Program-made: the position numbers and the translations under genes | Source: Paraspadella gotoi | Taxonomy: Eukaryota > Animalia > Chaetognatha | Direction: 5' to 3' | NCBI GenBank assembly: GCA_051294375.1 | Contig: CM119268.1 | Coordinates: forward strand, 7,712,632 to 7,776,631 | Length of the DNA: 64,000 nt | Notes under the pieces: generated by a model | What the model was told of the DNA's origin: nothing | Seen by the model: the letters and a program-made list of their open reading frames with translations, nothing else | The model's database searches: none | Shown here: positions 38,008 through 51,500 of the stretch, piece by piece | Position numbering within the stretch: position 1 is the stretch's first letter | Layout: each line of letters starts with the position of its first letter

Positions 38008-40690
38008 GCTTCTCTCTCTCTCGCTCTCTCTCTCTCACAGCTTCGCCTTGCTCCTTCGAAAAACTCTATGAATAGAGTTATCCCGCTCTTTTCAATCTGT
38101 CTTTTGTCGGTGGCTTCCTTTCTCTTCGACGTTGGACTCTCACTTTCTCCCGAACTGACCAGTGACCAGTGACGGGGGTGAGACATCGAGTCGCGATCAG
38201 GCCGTGAATCGAGTGAATCGATGTGAATCGTGTTATGGTGAGATGAAGACATAGACCTCGATGACGATGACGATGCTGGAGTGTTGAATTCTTGTAACGA
38301 CACGATTTTGAGGTGAAGAATTCCATCGATCTCAACCCAGAATTCCAGCTTCGTCAGCGGTAAAAAAAAATTACTTTCTGGCCCAAAAAGGAATAACGTC
38401 AACTACAATAAAAAAAGGCATTGAATCCACTCTTACATTCCACTAAATATTGTATATACTATAACCCACTATTAGATGAGTTCTACGCACCGAAAAGAAG
38501 TAGATAAGTAAGAAACTTAGGTAAAGGAGAAATTAATCCGGTTTTGTAAATTAAAAAAAAAAAAAGAAAAAAACCATACCCTAAAATCCACGCTCATCAA
38601 CCTTTCTGGTTTTTCTTTCCTTTTCCTTCCTCACTTCTTTCTCTCCCTCCTCCTTCTCCTCCCCAACTTCTCCTCACTCCTCAAAAGCACTTACCCTTTG
38701 TTCCTCACCGCTCATTTCCTCTCCGCCTGCCTTACACGCGACCCGCATCGACGATCAGCAGAAACGGAACTGATATTTAAAAGTCCGGTTTCGGGAACCG
38801 TTTAGGTCGTCTTGAGACTCAGTATGGAAGGGAAGGCGCGGGAGTAGAAGGGAGTAGAAGCGTTCGCGGTGAACAGGGTAAGGCACGGCTATAAGGCTTG
38901 AGAAATGGAACGATGAAGAAAGGTTTGAGCTGAGGATTGGAAAAGCTGGAATTTCGCTGTGGCTGTTCGAATTAGGATACAATAGTTTGAAACGATTAAA
39001 AGTAAGCGGACGCAGTCGCGGAATAAAAAATAAAGAGTAAGGTGGTTGAAAATAGTTGGGTCACAGTTGTTAAGTCGCGTTTTTAAACCAAAGAAACTTG
39101 GCGTGATGCGAGCGATGACAGAAAGCTGCCCGCGGCAAAAGAGGATTACGGCTCAGCGCGACCGAGCAGGAAAATATTCAGAATGGATGGCAGTCCGTCT
39201 GCGTGATGGCCAGCCGTTGAAAAGGTGAGTAGAGTAGGCAGGTCGATGTGAGAAAGGATCGCGTCGCAAAGTGTGAATTAGAATAAGACTCGAGGACGAA
39301 GAGTGAGATTCCGGCAGTGGTGAATGCTTTGGCCGTCGAATTTGGTTGTACTCTTTCTCTTTTGTATTTTTTTGTAAGTACTATAAGAGGCAACATATGT
39401 GAATCGAGTGAAAGTTAAAGAAAGAAAAGGAAAGGAAGGAGCAAAAGCTAAGAGAAGAAAGAGAATGGATAGGAGGCAAAAAAAAGAAGGAAAAGATTTA
39501 AAGATAGCAGTAAAAGTAGGAATGTAGAGTCTCAAAGCTAGAGAAAAAGTATAAAGAGAGGAAACGGGGACACGGAGAAGAGCAACAGGATAACGCTAGA
39601 GGAAAAAAGCAGGAAGTAGAGCGAAAGGAAGAACGTGAGGAAGAACAAGGATCGAGAAAGAAGAGAAAAGAATGGCCGAGAGAAGTCCCGAGGAATTATT
39701 ACGTGAGTCACACTTGGGTAAAGAATCGAAGATGCTTCCCGCTCGCGAGCGAAGACGATCTGTGGGAAAAAAAAGAGAGGAATGGAATAAAATGAAATAG
39801 GACAGCATATCTGAGAAATGAAAACTGAATTCAAAAAAAAACAAAATCAACGGATATTTCGAGGCACAATTTAAAAAACACTTCTCTTCTCGAGTCTTAA
39901 TAATGAAGTATTTTTTAAAAGAATTTTATTTCTGTGCTACACGGTACTTGTTAGTTTCGTCTTTCCAAGAGAAAAACAGAAAAAAAAAAAGAAAGTAAAA
40001 AGAACGGATAAAAACCATGGCAACCTGGACAAAAATAACAAAGGAGAGGAGGAAAAAAATTGGACATGAAGATTATTACAACAGGCTGAAAGAAAGAATA
40101 ATCGATAGATTCGCATCAGATTCAACGCGCGCCGCCCGAACCAACAGGTCCCAGCCCTATCCCCTTCATTCTTTTCGTAACTCACCTTCCCACTATAAAT
40201 CGGACATCACATTTTCTCCACAAATAGTTGGATGTCGAAAGACATGGCAATGTCCGAAGAACTGGTAAAAAAAAAAAAAATTCTGAACCGATGATTTCCG
40301 CGATGTAGGATTGCATTTCCGCCCAGATAGAAGGAGAAGAGAGATCTCTACTCTTGTCCTCNNNNNNNNNNNNNNNNNNNNNNNNNAGAGAAGAAGAGCG
40401 TGAAGATGAAGAATGAGGAGAGAGAAAAGAGACGAGATAAGAGAGCAGAGTCGAGACGACGATGAGCGCGACGAGAGACTAGGATGAGAGAGAGAGAGGA
40501 AAGAGATAGCCTTCTTGTTATTAGCCATTGGATCGCTTACATTAATTGTTCTGTATCACGACCCTGCTATTTTTCGATAACCTCGAAAGCATTTTCCATT
40601 CTTTCGTCCGGCCGCCATCTTTTCTCTCTACTCTCTCTCTTCTCCTCTCTACTTTCTCTCTTCTCCTCTCTCTCTCTCTCTCCTCTTCTC

Positions 40691-40722
<32 letters not shown>

Positions 40723-41682
40723 TCTCTCTCTTCTTCCTTTTTCATCCCCTTCTTCTCGCTATACTATATGGAACTGAGTCAGGCAATTTTTTTTTAACCC
40801 CTTCGCGTTTTTTCCATCGACTCTGCTTTCGCCAAGAAAAAAAAAATCGATAAAAATACTATATTTTTTTGGAGAAAGATTTTCATCGCAGATATCCGCT
40901 TTGGCCTCGTCGCAGCTGGTTCGGCGACGTCGATTTTCATTTCGGCTGCCCGAACAAAAGAACATTCAAGAACCACACAGCGGCGTTTGGGATTTTCGAT
41001 ATTTCTTCTCCCGATGTTTTTTAATGCGTTCGCCTCCAAAAAAAAGTGGCGTATTTCTCACTCCCCCTTTTCTGGTTTCTAGATAAGAAAATGGAGATCC
41101 TTTAACTGTGTCCTACGAATTTGCGCTCTCGTTATGGCACGACTCTCTCTTCTACAGGACATCGCCTTCCGGGAAAAGTCAGTGATTTAAAACGGTGACA
41201 TTTGTTCTGTCTGTGAATGCTAAAAACATATCCAACGCATAGAGACAAAATAATAAAATAAACCTTTAGCCTTAGTTTCGCTGCATAGGCAAGCATCAAG
41301 GTGATAAACTCTGGCTTTAGTTTTTTTTTTTTTTTTTAAACGCATTTTATCGAAATGAAGACGATTTTCTTTTGACGTTGGCGATTCTCTTTTTTGCTTC
41401 ACATTCGCGCGAATCGCGGAGGGTGAGTCGAAAGGATATGTCTTCTCCGATGCGCATTTGTTTTCATCCGCAGTAAAACAATTACGTTTATTTCTTTATA
41501 TTTATCTTTTTTTTTTTTTGACTCAGTTGACGGATGATGAAGGACAAAATCTGCTCGTCCTGTTACGAGAGGAAGTGAAAGAGGTGAGCGAATCGGGGTC
41601 AAAGTTCGATGAGCGCGAAATGAATTCATAAATTCGAAGATGGAACGATCCTCACAACCTGACTGACGCTATCGTCTCCCAG

Positions 41683-41859
41683 GACCTGAAGCAGGAAGAT
41701 CCGGAGCAGGAGATGATGGCCAGGGAAGCGGCGTTGAGTCTGCGGCTGCTGGAATCCTTCCTCCGCCTCTACAGCGAATGCCTCCTGGCCTTCGCCGTGC
41801 TCTTCAGTCTCGCCGTCTTCTCGATCGTCATCGAGATCGATTTCTACGACGAAAAATGA
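41683..41859 (+). CDS. Candidate terminal exon with a C-terminal transmembrane helix (DLKQEDPEQEMMAREAALSLRLLESFLRLYSECLLAFAVLFSLAVFSIVIEIDFYDEK*)
   Basis: Acceptor ctcccag| after a CTGAC branch-like motif, 59 codons with strong GC3 bias, and TGA at 41857-41859. A frameshifted copy lies at 35422-35609. Confidence 0.7.
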   Translation, partial: DLKQEDPEQEMMAREAALSLRLLESFLRLYSECLLAFAVLFSLAVFSIVIEIDFYDEK

Positions 41860-43140
41860 GACGAAAACAAAGATGGCGGACGTCGACGGAGACGGCGAAC
41901 GGGGGGTGAAAATAAACGGCGAAGATTTTACGACGAAGGAAAATTGAAATACGACGATGAATTTTTTTTTTTTTTTAAAGAAATCGTCACTCGAAATAGA
42001 TTCAGGGATTAGAAAATCAGAGAACGTATCCGACTGGAAGTATTAATAATAATACAGTATGAGTAATATAGTGTGTTTTCTTTTTCTTGGTCAATTCCAC
42101 TGCCAGTCTTGAGGTTATCTAAGCATTGTCTTTCGTCTCCTTCTCTCACTGTGAGTCTATAGTTTAAGACGTTAGCTCCTCCCTCCACTTTCCTCCTTCA
42201 CCTCTGACCTCTTCCCCCCCTCGGACCGATTGACTCTTTCCCCCCTCTCCCCCTCTTTTTCCTTGAAGCGTCTTCGACCAAAAATTTCCCTAATGAGTCC
42301 CTCGTTTCGATTCGAAGCGCGAGAGACGACTCGAGAGACCGAGCGGACCTTGGCAGCTATCGCGCGGTAACCATGGAAACGGCCACGTGGTTTTCTTCCG
42401 TTGCTAGGGACGCGCGGGTTAAAGGGAGAATCGTTCGCGATGTTTTGAGGGATTTTTTTTTTTGGGGAGGGGGCGATGATCGGTGACTTGGTCGTATAAA
42501 TTTATATTTTTCTTGGACAGGACACGTGTCGTCTATTGTATAACTTGCTCGCCTTTTCCATGCTCAATTCGTATAATTTTTTATTTTNNNNNNNNNNTAC
42601 CGCGGTCCAGCGGTGCTACTTGCCAAAGATACTTGGAAAAACGTGATTTTATAATTCACTGTTCATTTTCGACAGTGTTCTCGAAATTACTTATTTTTCT
42701 CGCCAAGCAACAGCCGAATCGGTCCCCTTAGCAACGGTCACGCACGAGCTCCAGAGAGGGTTCCTCAAAAAAAAAAAAAAAAAAGGAAAACGAATAGAAC
42801 CAAAAAGAAAGCCGCTGTTCGCCTTTAAAACTGTCCGGTCTCTCCGAGTAATCGGTGACACTTGCGAAGGTGCCCAAAAGTTCGCGCATGCGTATTGGCC
42901 GCACGACTTCAAGATATCCTGAAACAGTTATGATAATCACGATAAAATTAAAAACTAAATCGTAAATAAAATATTCGCACAAAGACCATCACAATTGCCC
43001 AAGGCTATAACTACTCGCACTAAAGTGATTTACTGTAATTCTATGTATTATATTTTCTCCTGACGGGTATGAAAAAGTAAAGAAAAAAAAAAAAAACGAA
43101 TGCAGAACGAGCAGAAAAACTAAAACATGGGGGCGGGAAA

Positions 43141-43197
<57 letters not shown>

Positions 43198-43635
43198 TCT
43201 CTCTCTCTCTCTCTCTCTCCCCTCTCCATACCTCACTCACTCTTTCTCTCTCTTTGACATTGTGAGCATTGCCAATGCGTGCGCGGGCGCTCAATTCTAC
43301 TAACCTCTCTCATCATTCGTCGCTTAAATTCCAACTGTGCGATTTTTGAGCTCAGGACTTAAGTAATCAGACTATTCCCTTCTCTCTCTCTCTCTCTCTA
43401 GTCTACTCTCTTCTGCTCTCTTCCTTGTCTACTCTCTCTCAGTCTTATCTCTTCTCTCTTTTTTTTNNNNNNNNNNNNNNNNNNNNNNNNNTGTATTTAG
43501 TTTTCCCTCGCGAGGGTATGAAAAAGTAAAGAAAAAAAAAAAAAAAAAAACGAGATGCCGAAGAGAGAAAAATAAAACATGGCGGCGCGAAACGCTCTCT
43601 CTCTCTCTTCTCCTCTTCTTCTCTCTCTCCTCTCT

Positions 43636-43674
<39 letters not shown>

Positions 43675-43848
43675 TCTCTTCTCCCCATCCTCACTCACTC
43701 TTCTCTCTCTTGACATTGTGAGATTGCCAATGCGTGCGCGGGACTCAATTCTACTAACTCTCTCTCTATCGGTCGCTTAAATTCCAACTGTGCGATTTTG
43801 AGCTCAGGACTTAGTAATCAGACTATCTCCTCTCCCTCTCTTACTCTC

Positions 43849-43887
<39 letters not shown>

Positions 43888-46800
43888 TCTCTCTCTCTCT
43901 CTCTCTCTCCTCTCGCTCTCTCTCTCTCTCCAGTCTTCCGCACTTGCCTTCTCTTCGAAAAACTCATGAATAAGTTATCCCCTCTTTTTTGTTTTTGCGT
44001 GGTGGCTTCTTTCCTCTTCGACGTTGGATCTCGACTTTCCCCGACTGACCATGACCAGTGACGGGGGTGAGACATCGAGTCGGCGATGCGGGTGAATCGA
44101 TGTGAATCGAGTGAATCGTGTTTGTTGTGAGATGGAAAGACGGATGACGTGGACGATGCTGGAGTTGTGAATTCTTAACGAACGGTTTAGTGTGAAGAAT
44201 TCATCGATCTCAAACCCGCCGAATTACTTCGTCGCGTAAAAAAAAAATTACTTTTTTGGCCAAAAAAAGTAACACCGTATAAATAATAAAAAGGGCTTGA
44301 TTACTCCATTTTAATCGAATATATTAATATGAGTACAATAATATCTTCACTCTGAAAAAAAGTAGAAAGTAAATTGTACCCAAAAGTAAAGGGAGAAAAT
44401 TAATCGGTTTGTAAATTTAAAAAAAAAAAAAGATAAAAAAATCTAATCCACGTCATCAAACTTTTGGTTTTTCTTCCTTTTCCTTCCTCACTTTTCTTTT
44501 CTCCTCCTCCTCCTCCCAACTTCTCTCTCTCCTCAAAGCCTTACCCTTTTTCCTCACCCTCATTTCTCCCTCGCCTCCAAACCGCGACCCGATGCAGCAG
44601 GAAAACGGAATGATATTAAAAGTCGGATCGGGACCGTTTAGGTCGCTTAGCTCAGTTGGAGGGAGGGCGCGGAGAGAAGGGGAGTGAAGGTTCGCGGGAA
44701 AGGTAAGGACGGGTAAGGCTTAGAAATGGAACGATGAGAAAGGTTTGAAGGTGGAAAACGGGAATTTCGCTGATGGCTTTCGAATTGGGATACAATAGTT
44801 TGAAAACGGTAAAAGTAAGCGCGAGTGGGAATAAAGAAAAGTAAGGAAGCGTGAAAAGTGGGTAAGTTAAGTCGCGTTTTAAACCAAGAAACTTGCGAGA
44901 GCGATGAAGAAGCTGCCCGCGGCAAAGAGTTCGGAGCCACCGGCGGAAAATATTGATGGATGGCATCGTTGGTGATGGCAGCCGTGAAAAGGTGAGAAGT
45001 GAGGTCGATGTGAGAAAGGATCGCGTCGAAAAGTGTGATTAGGAAAGACTGAGGGACGAAGAGTGAAGATTCGGCGGTTGACAGGGTGAGCAGTGGTGAA
45101 TGCGTTGGCGTGAATTTCGGTCGTGACTTTTCTCTTTTAGTTTTTGGTAAGTACTAGATGGGCAACAGATGTGAAGTAGAGGAAACAAAAGAAAGAAGGA
45201 GAAAAGCTAAGAAGAGAAAGAGAGGAAAGGAGGATAGGAAAAAAAAAGAGGAAAAGAATAAAGATAGGAAAAAAGGAATGTAGAGCCGAGAGCTAGAGGA
45301 AAGTAAAAAAAGAGGAAAGTGGACACGGTAGAAGAGCAAAGGGATAAAGTGAGGAAAAGAGGAAGGTAGAGGAAAGAAAGAAGTAGAAGAAAAGGAGAGA
45401 AAAGGAGAGAAAAGAAGTGGAGAGAAGTCCCCGAGTGAATATTATGTGAGTCACACTTGGAAGAATTCCGAAGATGATTCCCGCTCGCGAGCGAAGACCG
45501 AGTGGGGAAAAAAAAAGAAGAGGAATGGAATAAAAGAAAGTAGGAAGCGATTTTGAGAATGAAACTGAATTCAAAGAAAAACTAAAAATCAACGGATATT
45601 CGAGGCACAATTAAAAAAAACTTCTCTTCTCGAGTCTTAAAAAAAAGAAGTTTTTGAAAAGAATTTATTTCTGTGTACCCTGTACTTGTTATTTCGTCGT
45701 CAAGAGAAAACAGAAAAAAAAAGAAAGTAAAAATAAGGAAAAAACCATGGCAACGGACAAAGAAATAAAAGGAGGAAAAAAGAGGAATGAAATATACAAC
45801 AGGTGAAAGGAAAGGAAAATAATCGTAGATTCGCATCAGATTCAACGCGCGCCGCGAACCAAGGTCCCAGCCCACCTCCCCTTCTTCTTTCGTAACCACG
45901 CCGTCTGTACCATAAATCGGGACATCACATTTTCTCCACAAAAGTTGTGATTCAAAGACATGCAATGTCCGAAGAACTTCCAAAAAAAAATGNNNNNNNN
46001 NNNNNNNNNNNNNNNNNAAAAAAATGCTTTCCTTACTTTGTAGATTTATTCTTTCGCTGTAGTTGAATATCTCAGTTTGACTTCATTTTTGCGTTTTGCC
46101 CTTCTCTGCCAAGTATTATGTATTGATCAGTGTATGTTTTCCGCTGGATGATATTGACGTCTAACTTGTACTCATTCTGGTGATCTGAACAATGTATGTA
46201 TTGAGAGTGATATGAAATTGAATTACAAAAACAAAAACTTTGATGAGATATGAGACGGAGTGTCGCAGAACTGTGCCTATGTAGGATATGAAACACGAAA
46301 AATTGATGATTCAAAACATTACCAAAGCTTATATAAAGAGAGAAAGAAAAAGCATATAGCCACACCCCACAGTACATCAGCGCTTAAATAAAATCCTCGC
46401 GCAACTGGTTATACAGCCTAACAGAGAAGCGGAACGTAAGTAATGTAAGGGGTGTACGCTGTTGTATTCGGTATATGGAGTGTCGACCCAGGAATGTAAA
46501 TTAAGACAATAAATCTTGTGTAAATGATACAAAAGTATGGGAGAATAAATCGAGAGTCAGAGTGAATCTGAAAATAAAGGTCCGTGGAAGAGTATGAGAG
46601 TGAGTATAAGAGATCACGATTAGAGTTGTATGAAAAAATGGTTGGATAGGGAAAAGGGCCAAAATTTAAATTGATAGACATTAACACATTGTGTAATTCA
46701 TTTCGTATACATTTCGTCGGGAATGTTTAAAATATCACTCTCAAAACTTCCTGTCATAATTCTTAATAACGTTTCTTGGTAAACAGTACTTCCAGTGCGA

Positions 46801-47086
46801 ATAAACCAAAATGGAAAACAAATTAAAACTATTTACAAAGTAAAGTGAAAAAAAAAATATAATGGCGAAATGGTGACGGCGGTATATATTATATGGCACA
46901 ACAAAGCCGCAGAGCTTATAGAAAAAAAAAAATAGTAGAGAGAAAAAATAATGTATAAGAAGTGGAAGAATCTAGAAATAAGATTATAGAGGAGTTCACT
47001 TGAGTGCCGCCGAGCATCCACGAGAAACAAACAAGGTAAAAGTTAATATAAGAAAGCTAACTGATCGCCGACTCTTCCCTACACAG

Positions 47087-47229
47087 GAGAATATTATAAA
47101 CATAATGAGAGTATTCCAGAAATGAATGACTTCTGTTCTTATGCAACAAGTTCGGCGGCTCAATGTATTTATTGTGCGATGGTTCCTCTTTTGTGTGGCT
47201 TTGTGTATTGGCTAGTCGCATTAGCTTAA
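47087..47229 (+). CDS. Candidate terminal exon with a GPI-signal-like tail (EYYKHNESIPEMNDFCSYATSSAAQCIYCAMVPLLCGFVYWLVALA*)
   Basis: Preceded by a 50-nt GT-AG intron (47037-47086) with GCTAAC and ctcttccctacacag. It lies in a low-quality segment. Confidence 0.35.
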
Positions 47230-50200
47230 TGAGAGGTCGAGTTGAATCTGGTGAGTGTGTGTATTGTGAAAAGAAATATCCGTATATCCCATTGGTAACG
47301 AATATTACAGGAGGTCCTGCGGAGTGAAATGAGAGCTAGTGAAATCAGAAGTGGCGCTACAAAAGAATAAAAAATATAGCAAGAGAGTGACTTATCAATG
47401 AAAAAATAGAGTGAAACGAGAACATTAAGGAAAATCACGAATGAATTAAAAAGAAATTTTACTGAACGACTTTTCTCAATAGAGCGCATTTGCCTTTTTC
47501 CTTTTTATGGGACGAGTACTTGTATCCAGAGGCGCCCTCCCGCAGAGGGAGGATAAAAAATGATTCTGGGTGCAAATTATATAAGATTTTGAAAAAAAGC
47601 CATAAAAAGCTGAAATAGAAAAGACAAAAACAGAAGAAACAAGGAGGGAGAAAAAAAAAAAACCCGCCGCTACTGCCATTTATAACAAAGTTTGGTCGGA
47701 AGGGAAAATTTTAGATTTTGGAAATTCCGTATGAATGCAGTTCCAGTTTTCACATTTGATACATCGTTTTATTTAATATATTTTAAACAGCGTACTATAC
47801 CTCCGTGATCCTGAGTGATTCCTTAGTACGAAGCAACAGGTACACGTCTTTACCCCTCGCCCCTCGGCGCTCAAGCGTCGTAATAATGCTTTAGCGAATG
47901 CTCTCGTGTGTGATACAGTAGTCGTACGTAGTCGTCGGCTAAATAGAAGGAAAAAAACGTGTCCATCTCAGAGTACTGTCTTGATCCGATACAAGTTTCG
48001 GTGGCGTCCGTCACGCTTGTTGGTCTCCTATATAAAACTACCTACGCTTTTATAGGTTTGGCGTGACTTACCGTTTATATATAGAGATAAACAAGCCATT
48101 ATTGCCCAGTGAAAAATTGATGATATTAGTATATTACAAGAGTCGGAGTGCGAATCATAGTAAGTTAAAGAAAAATAGATATGGAAAACTTATTCATATG
48201 AGAGGGAAATAGCTTTGATATTTTCTTATGCTAGCGGATTGGGATTTACAAGTATTATTTTTAGAATTTGAATATTCGCTTATCGGTTCATTTTTATGAT
48301 TTACTGGCAATATGAAAATGAGAGTGATGAAGTATGTACTCATAGTTATAAAACATAATATCCATATAGATATAGTATGGGTCACTAGAGTCAGATCGCA
48401 TCTTTCATATTTCTAATCTTTGAGCCTTATATATTAATAATTATGAGATAAAAATATAACGTGGAGAAGATGAAATCCTGCAACAAAATATTATCTATTA
48501 TAAAGGAATACTCTCTAAATATAAATATAAAATATGAGGTATACAATCACCAGAGAATTGTTTTTAATGAGAAGCTATATCTTTAAATTTTAATTACAAA
48601 TAAACAAGGGACAATATAACCAATAGCTAATTTTACCAGCTTGTGCTATCCTAGGAAGAAAAATTTTGTAACGGCATAATATATTTCCTATTGTAAACCA
48701 TTATTAAAAGTAAAACATTTTCTCTCATATGCTTGTATATTTAATTTTTTTAATAAGTGGCCCAAGTAATTATCCCGAAAAACACTTCAAAAACCCTATA
48801 TATATGTTCCTTCAGCGGCTATGTCCTCCTTTCTGAAATCGTCTTTAAAAAAGGATAAAAACAGAATCAGTGTGTGCTCGCTGTTTCTCTCTTTGTGTGG
48901 TAGGCGTCGACTCTCTCTGTACGATCTCATTGCATAAGATCGTTCGTGATTCTTTAGTTAAGAAACACGATAATATACTAGCGAGAATTATTTTATAAGC
49001 ATTTTATTGTAGAAAAGGAACAAGATATGGCATATAATGCAAAATACAAGTACAGCATGGCCTTTTGCGTAGAATCAGCGTATAAAAAGACGATTCAGGG
49101 AAACGGTCGTCTCATCTCTCTCTCCCATAACGAGGGCAAGTATCCCTCGAAATATTAAACATCCCATCCCTACTCATCTAACTATCTTTAACATCCTGCT
49201 CTCGTCATCCTCTACTTGCTTTGTAATTTTAAACATCCACCACAAAAAGGAAAACGTTTAGATCTATCTTTTGTTTTCCAAACAGCCACCTGGATTTTTT
49301 GAAAAGGTATTTCATTAAATTATAGCTTTACCGGCTTCTAAAAAAAAAATTTTTATATCGCCATCTCTTATTCCTTTCTTCTCTCTCAACTTACTAACCA
49401 ATTTCCCATAACTTACATCTCCGAGCATTTTTCCGCTTGCTCATACTTCACTCTCTTTAGTAAACATGGGCACGACATTACACTCTCTACTTATCTTAAT
49501 GCAGTGCAATGTCACCTCTTCCGTTACCATCTCGATCTTTGCTCGTTGCCTATCAGCTCCGTAAGCTGTTTCGACTATACTCCTTGGTTATTATTTGTTA
49601 TCCGGCAATATGCCGCGCAAAAATATCCACTAGTAAAATATTCAAGTTATCCCTATAATTATATATAAAAAAAAGCATAAAATCATAAAAAAACTCCATC
49701 CAAGATAAACAACCACTACATCTAATTCAGGTTCATTAGTATTTTAATATTTTGTTTATGTTAATGTCACTGAGTGCTCTTTGGTTTGTAAGCGGTGCAA
49801 GGCATAGGCGAAGAGTGAAAGCAGTGTTGAACACGAAGGAGAGATGAGCGAGTTTGTCATGGCATTTGTAAGGAGTGGTGACAGGGATAAACTGAAAAAC
49901 TGGTGACAGTGAAAATTATGACGGCAATTAGAAGACAGGACTTAGAGAAAGAAAATCGGGGAAAGAGGAAATAATTAAGAAATGGCGACAAAGAAGAAGA
50001 AACGAAACTGGCGAATTTTGAAAAGCAACAAGACGGTCAACAACACGAAAAATAACCTGGTGTGATACGACGACTACAAACAGAAAAAAAATTTTTAGAC
50101 AAGAAGAAAAGGGAAAAAGTTACATAAGTAATAAGAAGTGGCGCGGTTTAGAATGAGAGTAGAACGAGACATAGAACCGTCTTATACTGGCAAGACCGTC

Positions 50201-51452
50201 TACTATTCTCTCTTTTCCTTCTAGGTGGCATGGAACCCGAATTATGATCAACAGTTTAGAGAGGGATAGCCGTTTCGATGTCCCCGCCAACTGGAAGGCT
50301 AAAGCGCGTATTGTAAGGGATTTGGTATTCGTATATGGCGTTTGGTGAGAAAGAGAGGGAAAGGGGAGAAGGCAAAATGTTAAAGCAGATAGAGAGGGAG
50401 AATAAAAAATGGTAACCCGTTGTAATCGTTTGGGTTGTCGAAAATACAATGACTATCTTGGATTGGCCTCTGGCCAGGAAGCAAAATGAAAAAAAACAGT
50501 GAAAAAAAAATCGAAGTGGATAATTGAGAACAAAAGGTGAGAAAAATAGAGAAAAAATTTAGAGAAGAATCTAATAAGATTAAAAGTCTGATGCCATCCG
50601 GTAAAAAAACAAGTAAAGAAAAGAAGCAACGCGTCGGATTAAAATGAAAAAAAAAAAAAAACTCTGCTGCCACCCGGAAGGTCGTGCGGGCGGGCAGGAT
50701 GATGAGGAATGGTGATAAAAACATTCGAAAACAGAGAGGTTGAGGAGAAAAGAGAAGGGCAGAAAAGAGAAGGGCAGAAAAGAGAAGGGAGAGGGAGAGA
50801 GGACCCCCCAGCAGTGCGAGATGAATGGTGAATATATCAAAATGTAAACAAAACAGAGGAAAAAAAAAACCGCGTTTTATATTTATAACAACTATCGGAG
50901 CCAGGACAGAAGAAATCTTTATGCGAAGGAAACGAAAAATAAATAGAAGGAAAAAAATAGAAAGTTACTAATGTGGCGGATAGAAAGAAGCCAGCGAATA
51001 CATAAGAGAGGAAAAAAAAAGAGCGCGCGAAAAAAGTGGAGAGTGAGTACGTATTGAAGATGCGTTGACAACCTTTTCTGGCTTTTGATAATTATGGAAC
51101 GACCGACCAATGAACTTAAATGATAATAATAATTATAGACAAATGTAGTACAAGCATCAGAATCGTCAGATAATATAGCTTTTTCTTATAAATAATCAGG
51201 AAAATTAGTGCCAAGTAATATCGAAAACCCACTCAAAACCGATGCGTTGCCGCTTCTCAAAGTAAAAGTTTGAAAGGATAGAAAAACGATGAAAGGAAGG
51301 AAAGCATAGAGGACGAGGAAAGCAAAAAGAAGAGGAAAGGAAAGAAGAAAAAGGAGGAAAGAAGAGGAAGAGCGAAATAAAAAAAATAAAGGATGATGTG
51401 AAGTAAACTCACCGTCGTGATTGTTGACGCTGAAGGTCACGAGACGAAAAAT

Positions 51453-51500
<48 letters not shown>

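Larger units (their letters stand above)
34120..45992. repeat. Direct duplication E (34120-40280 vs 40430-45992), with a nested duplicate 43020-43400 vs 43492-43830
   Basis: Collinear from ttttcgataacctcgaaagcatt to gcaatgtccgaagaact, with 25-N gaps at the junctions. Confidence 0.95.
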
